Of a stretch of 64,000 nt of DNA, positions 1 to 12,605 are shown in pieces. The translations under genes were made by a program, and so were the position numbers. The notes beneath the pieces are model-generated. The model ran no database searches. It was not told the origin of the DNA and saw only the letters and a program-made list of their open reading frames with translations. Source of the stretch: Pocillopora damicornis (lineage: Eukaryota). How positions within the stretch are numbered: the first letter of the stretch is position 1; the number at the start of each line of letters is the position of its first letter. The stretch is from positions 248,001 to 312,000 of the forward strand of contig NW_020844790.1 of NCBI RefSeq assembly GCF_003704095.1, written 5' to 3'.

Positions 1-439
1 GCAGCTATCTGGAGTATTCCTGAAGTACAGCAGCAACAAATACAAATGAAAAGAAACCGTCTGCAAAAATGTCAGAAAAAATTGCCAGAGTCTAAAACAA
101 TGGCAATTCGCCTTTTTTTCGGTTTCGAAAAGAAAAGTATAACAGATAATTCTTCATCAGACAAACCCCTGACAATAATAGCTTAAGGCAAACCCTTCTA
201 ACAAATATTTCTCTTTTTTAACCCTTTTTTTTACTCCTATTCAAGATCAGTGTTCTCTAAAACAAACTAAAACAAATCGAAATAATAGGAATATTTGCTA
301 AGTGAAACCGTCGCTATAATAGGTAGGTTAGATGGATTGTCATTCACCATAAGAATTACGTCTTTCTTGGACACCAGTGTTTTGCCATCAAAGTGATTGA
401 TTCATCAAAGGCTTTAGTTTTTAATTGTTTAATCCAGGT

Positions 440-669
440 TTATCCCTTTAATTCCCCTGAGTGACAAAGACAGAATTTCGCCATACGATATTGCTACATC
501 ATTAAGCAGGCAAGTGATGAGGATTTTAAAAAATATATCAACAAGGGTATCATTAGTTGATCCAATACCAAATTGATCCAATATCAAATTCTCCAAACTA
601 ACACTATAAGAATTGAATGGAAGACAGTAGAGAGAATTACTAAAGAGATCTTGGGATTGAAAGGGTTAA
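440..669. mobile_element. Non-autonomous piggyBac-type MITE (copy 1)
   Basis: Ends read ttat-CCCTTT ... AAAGGG-ttaa, matching piggyBac-style TIRs and TTAA target. Related elements lie at 8897-9104 and 44280-44489. Confidence 0.6.
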
Positions 670-1119
670 GCGTTCAAAGCAAATCGGACGTACAAGTGTA
701 GTTACTCCATTCCGAATAAAAAAATTGATTTACTGACCATGTTGAACACTGTCCAGATTCTCTTTCCTTCCTAGAATTTCTTAGTTTGTGATGTTCTCAC
801 TTTATGCTTGACGTTCTGCTGAAAAGAGAACCAAAATAGAAGAGTTAGTTGGAATCGATCTCGAATGATAGTATACCCTGCTTTAAGTAAGTAGATGTCC
901 TTTAGTTTAGCGTGAATGACAAAGATCGATGTCTAGATTGCAAGAAGTCAACCAAGAGATCATAAATTTACTAGCCTAATCCAGTGAAGTAACGTTACAC
1001 TCGAAATCCTCTGAAAATGATTCGAGATAAAAGCCACTCGCTGCACACGAAAGTATAACTCCCATAGCTATTGGAGCATATTCCGGTATCTGTTACATGA
1101 AGACGACACGAAGATGCTA

Positions 1120-1290
1120 AGAGCCTCTGGTTTTCTCCTGGATGGGCTCCCTTTAGCATTTTGACAGATTTTTCTGACAGTTCACAGGTACCAATTTAAA
1201 CTATTTATATTCCTCGGTGGAGAAAGGCATTGTGGGATTGAATTTTCTGAAGTACAAAACACAATGACCCAGCCGGGGTTTAACGGCTAT
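1120..1290 (-). mobile_element. Decayed tRNA-derived SINE fragment
   Basis: Minus strand reads gttaaaccccggctgggtcattgtgtt...tgcctttctccacc...tataaat...ggtacc, resembling the B-box-adjacent and core segment of metazoan tRNA SINEs. Recognised by eye only. Confidence 0.45.
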
Positions 1291-2402
1291 GATCCGACTC
1301 CGAAAACGCGCGAGATATCCAGTGTTATACAAAATGTGAGATAAAACTGGAACTGAAAGTCTCTAAACCCCCTGTTTTCCTTAAAAGACCTCGTCAAAAC
1401 GTTTTCACGAACACCCGTTTGGCTCTGCAGCGGTGATTTTATGTCAGGGAAAGCAACAAGCGCGTTTACAGCAAATCTTATTTTGACATGCTGTGAGCAT
1501 ATACAAGTTACTGCATGTAGAATTAAAATGAGCATTGAAATAGGAGAGTGATAAATTACTACACGAGCCATCAATAACCTAACCTCAAAGTAAAAATTTC
1601 TCCCCATTGTTGAAGAAATGACATGCTGCAATATTAATTGTCATGGCGGTTGCAGTGCTACTGTGCATGGTGTGCTTTTGCCTTTTGCATTCTACTAAAA
1701 AATTTGAACTAATTTCTGAGGGCAACGGCGACACTTTACTTCTATTAAGGTGTACCTACATTTAAGTTATGTACCTCAAGAAAATTAACAACAAAATGGC
1801 ATTCATCAATCCTCGACGTCTAGTTTGAGTCACCCTACTGGTGACTTTGCAGCTTCCTTCATCTCTAAATTTGGTTAGTTTTCTGCATTGAGCGGATTTG
1901 TAAGCTTTGCTTAGTTAGTTTGTTATAAAAATAGAAAATATATATACAAGAATGAAAAAAGGATTTAGCAAATAAGCGGTAAGTACGATAAAGTACGAAT
2001 TCCTCTCGTTGTCACTTCAGCGACGTTCAAGAAGAACTGTCATGGCGGCTGCAGCTGAAGATTTGTCCTACTCTGTGCTATGTGCATTATGCTCTTCCTT
2101 ATTATATCTGACTCTGTAAATTAAATTAACAAGGGCCACAAGGTAAAAGATGAACACAGTATTTCTACTCAAATGCATTTTTCTGTAGGTTATTTACCTC
2201 AGGAAAAGTCGCAACATGGTGAAAAGCATAAATCTTCGACATAATGTCTGAACCACTTCATTCAGCATAAGAAACACTCGCCGACGTGTACAGAACAGGC
2301 AATATCCAAGGTAATAGGGTTGAAATGACGTGTTTCCCGAGGCTATAGAGACGCTCAAATTTCTTGTAGTTCGTAAGCTCTTTCCACGTGCAAGACTGAG
2401 CG

Positions 2403-2582
2403 GAAACATGAATATCACCTTTGAAAACCATTTGTAATTCAAATTAGTTTTTCGAGTTCGAAAGGCGTGTTCAAAATAATCAAAGAGCAAGGCTGAGAGC
2501 AAACATGAATATTACTTGTGAAATTATTTTTTATTTCAATTTAGTTGTCTGACTTTAAAAGGCGGGTTCAAAGTAATCAACA
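2403..2582. repeat. Imperfect ~97-bp direct duplication
   Basis: aaacatgaatat...aattagtt...aaaggcg.gttcaaa.taatcaa occurs at ~2404 and ~2501. Confidence 0.6.
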
Positions 2583-2798
2583 CCGATTTCTTGGGTCTAT
2601 TTCGTCTAATCATTGAACAAAGTACGGTGCATTGAATGAATTACAACTTAAAGAAGTTCAATAGAAAGCTACAAAAAGTATTACGGTATCAGAAATTCAA
2701 CTTGAACTTAATTGAACTTGAGATAAAAAAACTTCGAGTTAATTTTCATCGGTGTCGACGAAATCGTGTTGGTCAAAGAACGAGTGTAAAGAGGCCCC

Positions 2799-2995
2799 AT
2801 ACTAAAAAAAAATTGTAGTAACCCATCAAAATTTGGTAGCGTATGACCGTAAGACCTAAGTAAAAAGTGTTACTTTTAGCATATGCAAACAATTGCATCG
2901 CAGGTAGGAAGGGAAGCAGCATACTAAAAAAATGATAGAAATCCATCAAAATTTGGTAGCGTATGACCGTCCGACCGTAAATAAAAGTGTCATTT
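2799..2995. repeat. Imperfect ~121-bp direct duplication
   Basis: ccatcaaaatttggtagcgtatgaccgt is identical at 2823 and 2944, with similar flanks (catactaaaaaaa, taaaaagtgt). Confidence 0.75.
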
Positions 2996-3159
2996 TTCAA
3001 ACGAGGCCAAATGTATTGCGAGCACACCAGCAGATCACATTAGAGTGAGTGAGCGAATAAGTGTGTGAATTTCAGGTCCAACTCCAGCGATATAGGATGA
3101 CTACTAAGGATTGCAGAAGAAATAACTCAAGGATTTCAAGATAAAAAATCGCATCAAAT

Positions 3160-6100
3160 AGAATAGAATTCTAAGGACGCTATCGAAATATCTAATAAAC
3201 TTGATAATTTTAAGAGTGCTCGAGATTCTAACAAAACAATCAGATACGGGAAGATTCTAGGAATACAAAGATTTTTGTTTGTTTTATTATATAAGAGTAA
3301 GTGCGCAAGATACTTAGGAAACAATCAAATAAAGGAGGACTCTAAGAGTGCACAAGGATCTAACAAACAATGAAATAACGGAGAATTATATAGGTGCGCA
3401 AGGTACCGATGAAACAATCGATAACGAAAAATTTTAAGAGTGCGTCAGATTTAAACAAAACATTCCAGTAACGGATATGTCTAAGAGTGCGCAACATAAA
3501 AACAAACAGAAGAAGACGGAGAATACCAGGAGTGTACAGGATACTAACGAAGCAATCGATTAAGAGATTTCAAAAGTTTCCAACATACAGACTAACACCT
3601 AAATGCAAGAGAATTAAAAGAGTGCTCGAGATACTAACGAAAATCAAATAACGGAAAACTCTACGAGTGCGCGAGATACTAACGAAACAATTAAATAAAA
3701 GAGAAATCTTAAAGTGCGCGAGTGAAGAAATGTAAAATGGTTTCCGTGTTTACATAGCCTGATGTAAACACGCGGGAGGTTGGGAGAACACGAGATAAGC
3801 GTAGGAAACCACGCCGCGAAGCGGAGTGGTTTCCAGCTTATCTTTTATAAAATAACTAATGAAAGAGGAACAAAAACCGTGTTCACATACGCTCATGTAA
3901 AATGGTTTTATGGCCAATCAGAGCGCGCGTACTATTTGAATTATTTTATAAATACTAATGAAACAATTGAATAATAGGAAAATCTAAAAGTGTGCGAGAT
4001 ACTAACGAGACAATCAAATAAAAGAGAAATCTAAGAGTGCGCGAGATACTAACGAGACAATCAAATAACGGAGAACTCTAAGTGTGCACGAGATACTAAC
4101 AAAACAATCAAATAAAAGAGAAATTTAAAAGTGCACGAGATACTAACAAAACAATCAAATAAAAGAAAAATCTAAAAGTGCACGAGATACTAACAAAAAT
4201 ATCAAATAAAAGAGAAATCTAAAAGTGCACGACATACTAACAAAACAATTAAAGAAAAGAGAAATCTAACAAGTGCGCGACATATTAATGAGATAATCAA
4301 ATAACGGAGAAATCTAAGTGTGCACAGGATACTAACAAAATAATCAAGTAAAAGAGAAATCTAAAAAGTGTGCGAGATACTAACGAGACAATCAAATAAG
4401 GGAGAAATCTAAGTGTGCACGAGATTCTAACAAAACAATCAAATAAAAGAGAAATCTAAGTGTGCGAAAAATACTGACGAAACAATCAAAGAAAAGAGAA
4501 ATCTAAGTGTGCGAAAGATACTGACGAAACAATAAAATAAAGGAGAAATCTTAGAGTGCGCGAGATACTAACGAAACAATGAGATAAAAGAGAAATCTAA
4601 AAGTGCACCAGATACTGACGAAACAATCAAATAACGGAGAAATTAAAAGAGCACGAGATACTAACGAAACAATCAAATGACGGTGAGATCTTAGAGTCCG
4701 CAAGATACTAACCAAACAATCAAATAACGGAGAAATCTAAGTGTGCGCAAGATACTGACGAAACGATTAGATGAAAGAGAAATCTAAGTGTGCGCGAGAT
4801 ACTAAAACAACAATCATATAAAAGAGAGATCTAAGTGTGAGCTAGATACCACGAAACAATCAAATAACGGAGAAATCTTAAAGTGCGCGATAACAATCAA
4901 ATTAACGAAACAATCAAATTAAAGAAAAAATTTAAGTGTGCGCGAGATGCTTACGAAACAATCAAATACCGGAAAAATCTTAGAGTGCGCGAGATACTAA
5001 CGAAACAATCAAATAACGGAGAAATCTTAGAGTGCGCGAGATACTAACGAAACAATCAAATTAAAGAAAAAATTTAAGTGTGCGCGAGATACTAACGAAA
5101 CAATCAAATTAAAGAGAAATCTAAGAGTGCGCGAGATACTGACGAAACAATTAAATAAGAGAGAAATCTAACTGTGCGCGAGATACTAAAAAAAAAATCA
5201 AATAACGGAGAAATCTTAGAGTGCGCGAGATACTAACGAAAAAATCAAATTAAAGAAAAAATTTAAGTGTGCGCGAGATACTAACGAAACAATCAAATAA
5301 CAGAGAAATCTCAGTGTGCGCGAGATACTGACGAAACAATTAAATAAAAGAGCTCTAAGAGTGCGCGAGATTCTAACGAAACAATTAAATAGAAGAGAAA
5401 TCTAAAAAGTGCGCGAGTTACTACAAACCAATTAAATAAAAGAGAAATCTAAAACGTGCGCGAGATACTAACGAAACAATTAAATAAAAGAGAAGTCTAA
5501 AGGCTGCGCGAGATACTAACCAAGCAATTAGATAAAAGAGAAATCTAAAAGGTGCGCGAAATATTAACGAAACAATCAAATAAAAAATAAATCTAAAAGC
5601 TGCGCAAGATACTAACGAAACGTTCAAATAACGGAGAAATCTGAAAATGTGCGAGATACAAACCATACAATCAAATAACGGTCAAATCTTAAAATGCACG
5701 AGATACTAACGAAACAATGAAATAAAGGAGAAATCTTAAGGTGCGCGAGATACTAATGAAACAATAGATAGAAGAGAAATCTAAAAAGTGCGCGAAATAC
5801 TAACGAAACAGTTAAATAAAAGAGAAATCTAGGAGTGCACGAGGTACTAACGAAACAATCAAATAAAGGAGAAACCTAAAAGTGCGCGAGATACTAACGA
5901 AACCATGAAATAACGGAGAAATTTATTAGTGTGCGAGATACTAACGAAACAATCAAATACCAGAAAAATCTTAGGGTGCCCAAGACACTAACGAAACAAT
6001 CAAATAGGGGAGAAATCTAAGAGTGCGCGAGATACAAACGAAACAATCAAATAACGGAGAAATCTAAAAGGTGTGCGAGATACTAACGAAACAATCAAAT

Positions 6101-7263
6101 AACGGAGAAATCTAAAAGGTGTGCGAGATACTAACGAAACAATCAAATAACGGAGAAATCTTAGAGCACACGAGATACTACCGAAACAATCAAATAATAG
6201 AACAATCTCGAATTTGACGAAACGATTACATAAAAGAGAAATCTAAGTGTGCGCGAGATACTGAAAAAACAATTATATAAAAGAGAGATCTAAGTGAGCG
6301 CGAGAAACAATCAAATAACGGAGAAATCTCACGCGAGCACGCGAGATACTACCGAAACAATCAAATAACGAAACAATCTCGAGTGCACGAGATACTGACG
6401 AAACAATCAAATAACGGAGAAATCTTAGAGCACGCGAGATACTGACGAAACAATCAAATAACGGAGAAATCTCGAGTGCGCGAGATACTAACGAAACAAT
6501 CAAATAACGGAGAAATCTAACAGTGCGCGAGATACTAGCGAAACAATCAAATAACGGATAAATCTAACAGTGCGCTAGATACTAGCGAAACAATCAATTA
6601 ACGGAGAAATCTAAAAGGTGCGCGAGATACTAGCGAAACAATCAAATAAAAGAGAAATCTAGCAGTGCGTGAGATACTAACGAAACAATCAAATAACGGA
6701 GAAATCTGAAAGGTGCGCGAGATACTAGCGAAACAATCAAATAAACGAGAAATCTAAGTATGCGCGAGATACTACGAAACGATCAAATAAAAGAGAAATC
6801 TAAGATTGCGCGAGATACTAACGAAAAATTAAATAACGGAGAAATCTAAGAGTGCGCGAGATACTGACGAAACAATCAAATAACGGAGAAATCTAAAAGG
6901 TGCGCGAGATACTGACGAAACAATCAAATAACGGAGAAATCTAAAAGGTGCGCGAGATACTAGCGAAAAAGTCTAATAAAAGAGAAATCTAAGTGTGCGT
7001 GAGATACCACGAAACAATCAAATAAAAGAGAAATCTAAGATTGCGCGAGATACTAGCGAAAAAATCAAATAACTGAGAAATTTAACAATGCGCGAGATAC
7101 TAACGAAACAGTCAAATAACGGAGAAATCTAAGAGTACACGAGATACCACGAAACAATCAGCGCGAGGTACTAACGAAACAATCAATTTAAAGAGAAATT
7201 TAAGTGTGCGCGAGATACTTACGAAAAGACAAAATAAAGGAGATCGGTAAGAGTGCGTGAGAT
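3160..7263. repeat. ~47-bp minisatellite/satellite array, roughly 80 units
   Basis: Consensus gagatactaacgaaacaatcaaataacggagaaatctaagagtgcgc. The period is 47 (unit starts at 4991 and 5038). The left end is degenerate. Confidence 0.95.
3723..3951. mobile_element. Short interspersed element inserted into one satellite unit
   Basis: The satellite breaks exactly at gtgcgcgag|atactaa. The insert carries a hairpin at 3794-3842 and ends ccaatcagagcgcgcgtact...ttattttataa. It is loosely similar to 12090-12285. Confidence 0.65.
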
Positions 7264-8500
7264 GAGGATATTGGGAGTTCTGGTTAAAGAATCTCGAAAA
7301 AGAAAGCCAACACGGAAAGTAATTCGTATTCCTACAGAGTTAAACATTCCCTTTGAGTTATTACCTTATTATTAAAAGCGGAGACATATATGTTAAGTTA
7401 GAAAGATGCATGCTTGGGTATGGAAACCGACAGGAAGCTAGGAGACACTTAATAGAACTACACTATGCTTGGGCTAGCGTGTATGCGCCGACTGAGAGTA
7501 ACAACCAAGTTAGTATCTGACCTCTAATAAACTTTTTCTTTTCCCATCTCTCATACGTTTCTATTCTGACAAAGTCGTATAAAATGAAATCATATTGATT
7601 TTCGAATGATTCCCTCTTACCACATATTAAGGAGCTTTGATATAAGATCCGAGCAGCTTTTCAAATCCTGTGAAAAATCATATGACTGCAAATAATGGCT
7701 GCAACCTTGTATCATATCATATATCCTGACGTTATGTGTCGTAATCTTCCAAATAACGAAAACATGAAGATTTTGTTCTTAATGCTAGATATTTTTAAAA
7801 GAAATTGTCAAACGGGAATAGTTATAGCTGCAATCATCCCTAAGTACAAGCCTTAGATTAGGACAATTCAAATGTGTGTGCCCATTTCTCAAGATACAAG
7901 CCCCATCATGTCTGAATTTAGTGTGGGCATGATCAACTTATCAAATATCTTGTGAACCTTTAGAAATTTGAAAATTGATTGCCATTCAGGCGAGAACATG
8001 CCAATGCTCTATGTGGATGGAGCTCACTTAGTATTTCAGCCGCTGTCGTATGATTGGTTCAGACTATTTTATATCAGTTCCTGCCCCAAATAATAATAAA
8101 AAAAGCTAGGGGCCACTCACTGCCTATCATTTAAGCAGAAGCATGATGGGAATCAGATGACAAATAATATATAAATAAGTATGATGACAAAACAAGAACA
8201 AATTTGTGGCATTTCATGCTAACATGCAGGTAATAAATATGTGGCAGACCACAAAAAATTGTTATTATTTTTAATTAGGCTTCTCAAGCAAGAAGTCATA
8301 TTTAACAGAAGAAATACCACTTCAAAAACAGTTCACTTTTAAAGTTAAGTTCAATTCAATACAATTAGATCTATTTGTTTGAAAGGAATGTAGACATTGA
8401 GTTTTGATACTTTGACACTGACCTTGCAAGTGAGGAGAGAATTTACAGAATTTTCTTCTTGGCAATTACAGATAATATGGTGACTAAAATCCATACTTAC

Positions 8501-10585
8501 TGGCATCTCTTTCTAAGGAGTTTTCTGGAAAGGCCTTGTCTAAGGTAAGAACAAAGTCTGCAGCACCTCTTTCTTGTACTATATGGAGGAAATTAAGATC
8601 AACAGAAGATTTAGCTTGCTTGTATTTCTAGGCAACATGGCATATATAATAAATAAATATGGTAACAACTTAATACAACTGAGTCCATTAATCACCTTAT
8701 GCTCAATGAGTTTCACTGACAACTTGGAAGTTCATGATTGAAGCACTCAGTGACTCAATCAGTTCATTTTGCCTGTGGTCAATTTGTGTAGCAAGTGATA
8801 GATGTGAGAGCCAACTGGAAACCAAGACTGCGTCTCAGTAAAAATTCGTTATTCATGCATGTACCTTCAAGTTAAGGGAGATAACCAAGAGTTTAATTTA
8901 CCCTTGAACTCCAAAGTTCTGATTATGAATTCTCCCCTCTGGATACTACATATTTCTTTGTAAATTAGTTTCAAGAATTTGGTGTTAGAGCAAGATAAGT
9001 TCTACTTTATGTTGGAATATTCTCATGACCTTTTTTGCCGGATAATATATGGATACTGTAAGGGGAAGTTACATGTTAATCACTTCTGGGGGTTAAAGGG
9101 TTAACTAAAGATATGTCTCGAGATCAAAGTTTAACCCATGAAAAAAATTGTTCAAAAGGAAGTTCCTTTTCTTTCTTAGTACTGTGGGAAATGGGTCATT
9201 CTTATCTTCAATTACACAAGAGTTCTTCACCTGTCCCCACCTGCAACCCCTAATGTAAATTGCTAGTGTTTTGCACTAAACAGCAAGATAAGTCATTCTA
9301 TTGGTATGTCACCCAGTTATTTAATTGAACAGCCTGTCAATAGGCAACTGACTCATTCCAACAATCAATCACATGATCAGTAAGTCACTGAATTAGTGCA
9401 GTTATTGTAACTGGCTTGCCTGTGCATGCACAACCCTAAGGCATCGAGGGCAAGCAAGCAATAAAGATGGCAATTAAAACATGTTCTTGTTTCTTGGTGA
9501 ATTATCTGCCTGCATTGAGCACTTTTTTGTGGTACAGACATGCTAATGAATCTGTGAATATGTCAGTAAGTCAATGACAGACAGTCAGTCAACCAGTCAG
9601 CCAGTCAGCTGGCCCATTATTCAGTCAGTCAAATGATAAGTTTTTCAGTCACTCAGCCTTCAGTAAGCCTACCAGCCTGAGCCATTTAGCCCTTTATTTA
9701 TTTAAGCAAGTGTTCAATCAAATAGTCAGTCAGTCAGTCTGTCAGTCACTCAGTCAGCTGCTCTGCCAGTCTGTCAGTCAATTGTTCCATTGAATAGAGG
9801 AGGTAAGTTTCTAAAGAAACTGTGGTGCTACCTCAGTGGGAGAGTATAGCAGGTAATTTAGTGTTAGTGTTAAATAAATTGGCACCACCATAAAGAGTGA
9901 AAAGGCTGACATTTCGAGGGGTTGTCCCCTCTTCAGAGCAAAGGGCCTCTGCTTGAAATGTCAGCAATTACTCCATTGGTTGGTTAGCACTGATCAGCCC
10001 AACCAGCCTGAGCCAGCCCACTAGCCATTCAGTCTTTTATCAGTCAATCAATAAATGAAACTCAGCTGTTCAGCTGGTTAGCTATAATAGAAAGTGAAGT
10101 AATCAGTCAATCATTCAATTTGTCAATCTATCAGCCACTTGGTCAATCAATTAACCATTAAGCCATGGAGGCAGCCCATAACTCTAAACTCTAAAAAAAC
10201 CTGAATTTGCTGAACTGTGACGGATATAAAAGCAGCAAACTTGCAAGACAAAAATCTAACCTATAAATTTCAAATTCAATGATCCCTTTTACTCATGATT
10301 CAACATTATCCTATCACCTAAACTGGAAATTATGAGTCGATTCTAATTATAGTCACTGTGTAGACATCTTGCCAAGATCAGGCATAACATACCAAAAACG
10401 AACATATTTGTAACAAGCAGTTTCTTTAAATATTTCTTTACTTACATGTATCTGATTTAGATCTATATGGCCTACATTCCCTTGCATCTAAACCTCACTT
10501 AACGATGGAAAACATGTCTCAAAGGCAAAAGATGCTGAGCTGTCTTCTTGTTCGGGATTTTCTATGACATTAGGCTCACCGCCAT
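8501..10585 (-). CDS. 5' part of an unidentified multi-exon gene (probably continues left)
   Basis: Exon 10580-10585 is ccaacATGGCG|gtgag. Exon 8501-8627 (ctag|...|gtaagt) is open and in phase: MA|KYKQAKSSVDLNFLHIVQERGAADFVLTLDKAFPENSLERDA. A possible in-phase acceptor lies at position 20 (cttcag|GA ATA CTC CAG). Confidence 0.5.
8897..9104. mobile_element. piggyBac-type MITE (copy 2)
   Basis: ttta-CCCTTgaactcc ... ggggttAAAGGG-ttaa termini. Confidence 0.6.
9560..9780. repeat. Degenerate (CAGT)n microsatellite
   Basis: cagtcagtcagtcagtc runs. A further degenerate tract lies at ~10020-10150. Confidence 0.7.
9805..9966 (-). mobile_element. Dispersed Penelope-like terminal fragment with hammerhead-like motif
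   Basis: Shares gtttctaaagaaact...ataatttggt..tatcaac..agttgata..gtaaatt..ccacc.taaagagt...gctgac.tttcgag...cttc.tcagagc with 39753-39897, 43347-43441, 48577-48765 and, inverted, 12518-12605. Confidence 0.6.
9904..9940 (-). ncRNA. Minimal type I hammerhead ribozyme-like motif
   Basis: Minus strand UGCU-CUGAAGA-GGGGACAACCCCUC-GAAA-U-GUC-AGCC has core CUGANGA/GAAA, stem II, a GUC cleavage triplet and stem I GCU/AGC. Confidence 0.55.
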
Positions 10586-12517
10586 GTTGGATTCGACCAC
10601 TTTATTCCCAGCTCTTCCCCGTCTTGGAAGAACGCGCATGTTTTGCGTGAAAGCTGCGCGGGAAATCGAGAATAAGCGTGTGAACCCACCAGGATTTAAA
10701 CCCTGAAAGAAAATTGTGTTCAAATGCCCCACCCGATGCTTTGTTAAAGGAGAAATCCACCACCATAACTTTCTACACGTTGAGCAAGCTTTGAAACCTG
10801 GACCATCTACACCTTTTCTCCTGAGCCATTCTCTTACGAAAGTAAAACGTTTACCTTAAATTAAACACCTCCATCTTTAAAGACATAACATTTATATTGG
10901 GCTGGAAAGACTTGACACTTACAATTCAAATTCCCCACCCCAGCCAGGCAAAGTTCGAACATAGATTTTTGATTTAGGGAATTAAGCCCCGTTCAAATGG
11001 TCACGATGATGATAGTCGATGACAGTTTTAACTTTCATTCACTATCATTGACTATCACGTCATAACTATTTTCTCTTAATGTCGCACATCACTCCAATAT
11101 TAAATATGAAATGAAGAGGGTCGAGGAACACTCTCCTTGCAATACACAAAATGGTGGATAGAATAAAAAACGAACTTGGTGTAAAAATTTATGTTTTGTA
11201 GAGGTGAATAAAAGGATGGTAAAAAATGAAACGAATGGAGAGGGTAGGGAGAGCCGAAAATTTTTGATGGTTGGGAAAAAGATAACTTAGAAAAAAATCA
11301 AGGATACGGAACATTATTTAGAGAAACCAAAGATAAACAAGTTTCAAATTTGCCATAATTCAAGCCTTATCGCAGGTATGAGGTTCTGTGTCTTCTGAAT
11401 CCTTTTGATTAATATATGTTTTAATAATCCCACATTCCTCATTTTCTTTCGAATGCAATCTTCATATATCTATCAAATATTTTTTTGGAGGTTGCTAATA
11501 TTCCAGTTTCTTTCAATGGCTTACCGTGCAGGGGAGGTTTTTTAGCGATGGAGTTCCATCGAGTGCTCAACATTTCTCCGTAACATGTTGGACAGCCCGC
11601 TAGAGTCAGTTTTTGATGGCAGGAGCAAATGAAAGTTGGAAATAGGAATAAAAGGGAGGGAGAAGAAAAGGAGAAGGAGAAGGGAATCCTTCCTCATCAT
11701 TCCTTTGTCCGTGTGCTCCCACCCCTAATCACATATATGTGATCTGTTAACGATGGCCGGCTTGTAGCGTCATCTCGCCCTTCTCAACAAGGTGTGTATT
11801 TTGAGAGGAAGTCTTTCTGCAAAACCAATTAACCCTTTAATTTGTTTTTCCTTCGGTATCCCGTATCCCAAAAAGCATTTTGTGCCTACATCATGTTTTG
11901 TAAACTATAGTTTGATCATTTCTTGTGGTACTAACCACGGAAAGTTTACATAAACTTTTCCTAATCAGAAAATCCCTATACGGATCAGCTTTAGGTGCGT
12001 CACAAAAGGTATGCCCCAACATAGGTAATGTCAGTGCCTTATGCCACCATTTGTTTTCAATCAGCTACTTCTGGACATATGCAATACAAATAGAGAATCC
12101 TTGACTGTGCTCTGTTCTGTTGTAAAGCACGGAGGGAGCTGGCTACAGTACGAAAGAAGTGTAGGGAGAAACACGAGACGTTGTCAGATGGCGTGACAGC
12201 TTTAGCTCAGCTCTATGCTTTGTAATCTGATAGAGCACGCTCTTTCAACCAATGGCAGTGCGTTTTATACCCGAACTTTATTAGAAAGGAAAGTGGAGGG
12301 CAGATAGCCAGGCTCAGACATAAACTAAAAAACTTTTTGTGTTTTTCATGAATGAGTTAACTTGCGTCTTACAAATTAGTTGGTATAGTTTCGTCTTGAC
12401 AATTTCGAGCCAATTCTAACCAGAGATCAGGCTCTATTTAACCCTTTCGACTAACCTACGGTATTTTGCCAGTTTATACATAAGAGTAACAAAATTCTAT
12501 TCATTCCTCAATATTCC

Positions 12518-12605
12518 ATTCGCTCTGATGAAGGGCTAGCTCTGGGAACGTCAGCTTTGAAGCCCTTTACGGTGTGCAATTTACTCAGTTGATACTACCA
12601 AACTA
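12518..12605 (+). mobile_element. Copy of the hammerhead-bearing dispersed repeat (core mutated)
   Basis: cgctCTGATGAagggctagctctgGGAAcgtcagc followed by ctttacggtg..caatttac..agttgata. Confidence 0.55.

Noticed and set aside
738-818. Exon-like segment on the minus strand ending ATG|gtcag
   Set aside because: It has stops in all three frames. It could be a UTR exon but cannot be supported.
5421-6503. ORFs 5421-5666 and 6273-6503
   Set aside because: They are translations of the satellite's T-rich strand, repetitive and without gene signals.
3160-7263. CRISPR-like array
   Set aside because: Units are contiguous with no unique spacers, there are no cas genes, and the context is eukaryotic.
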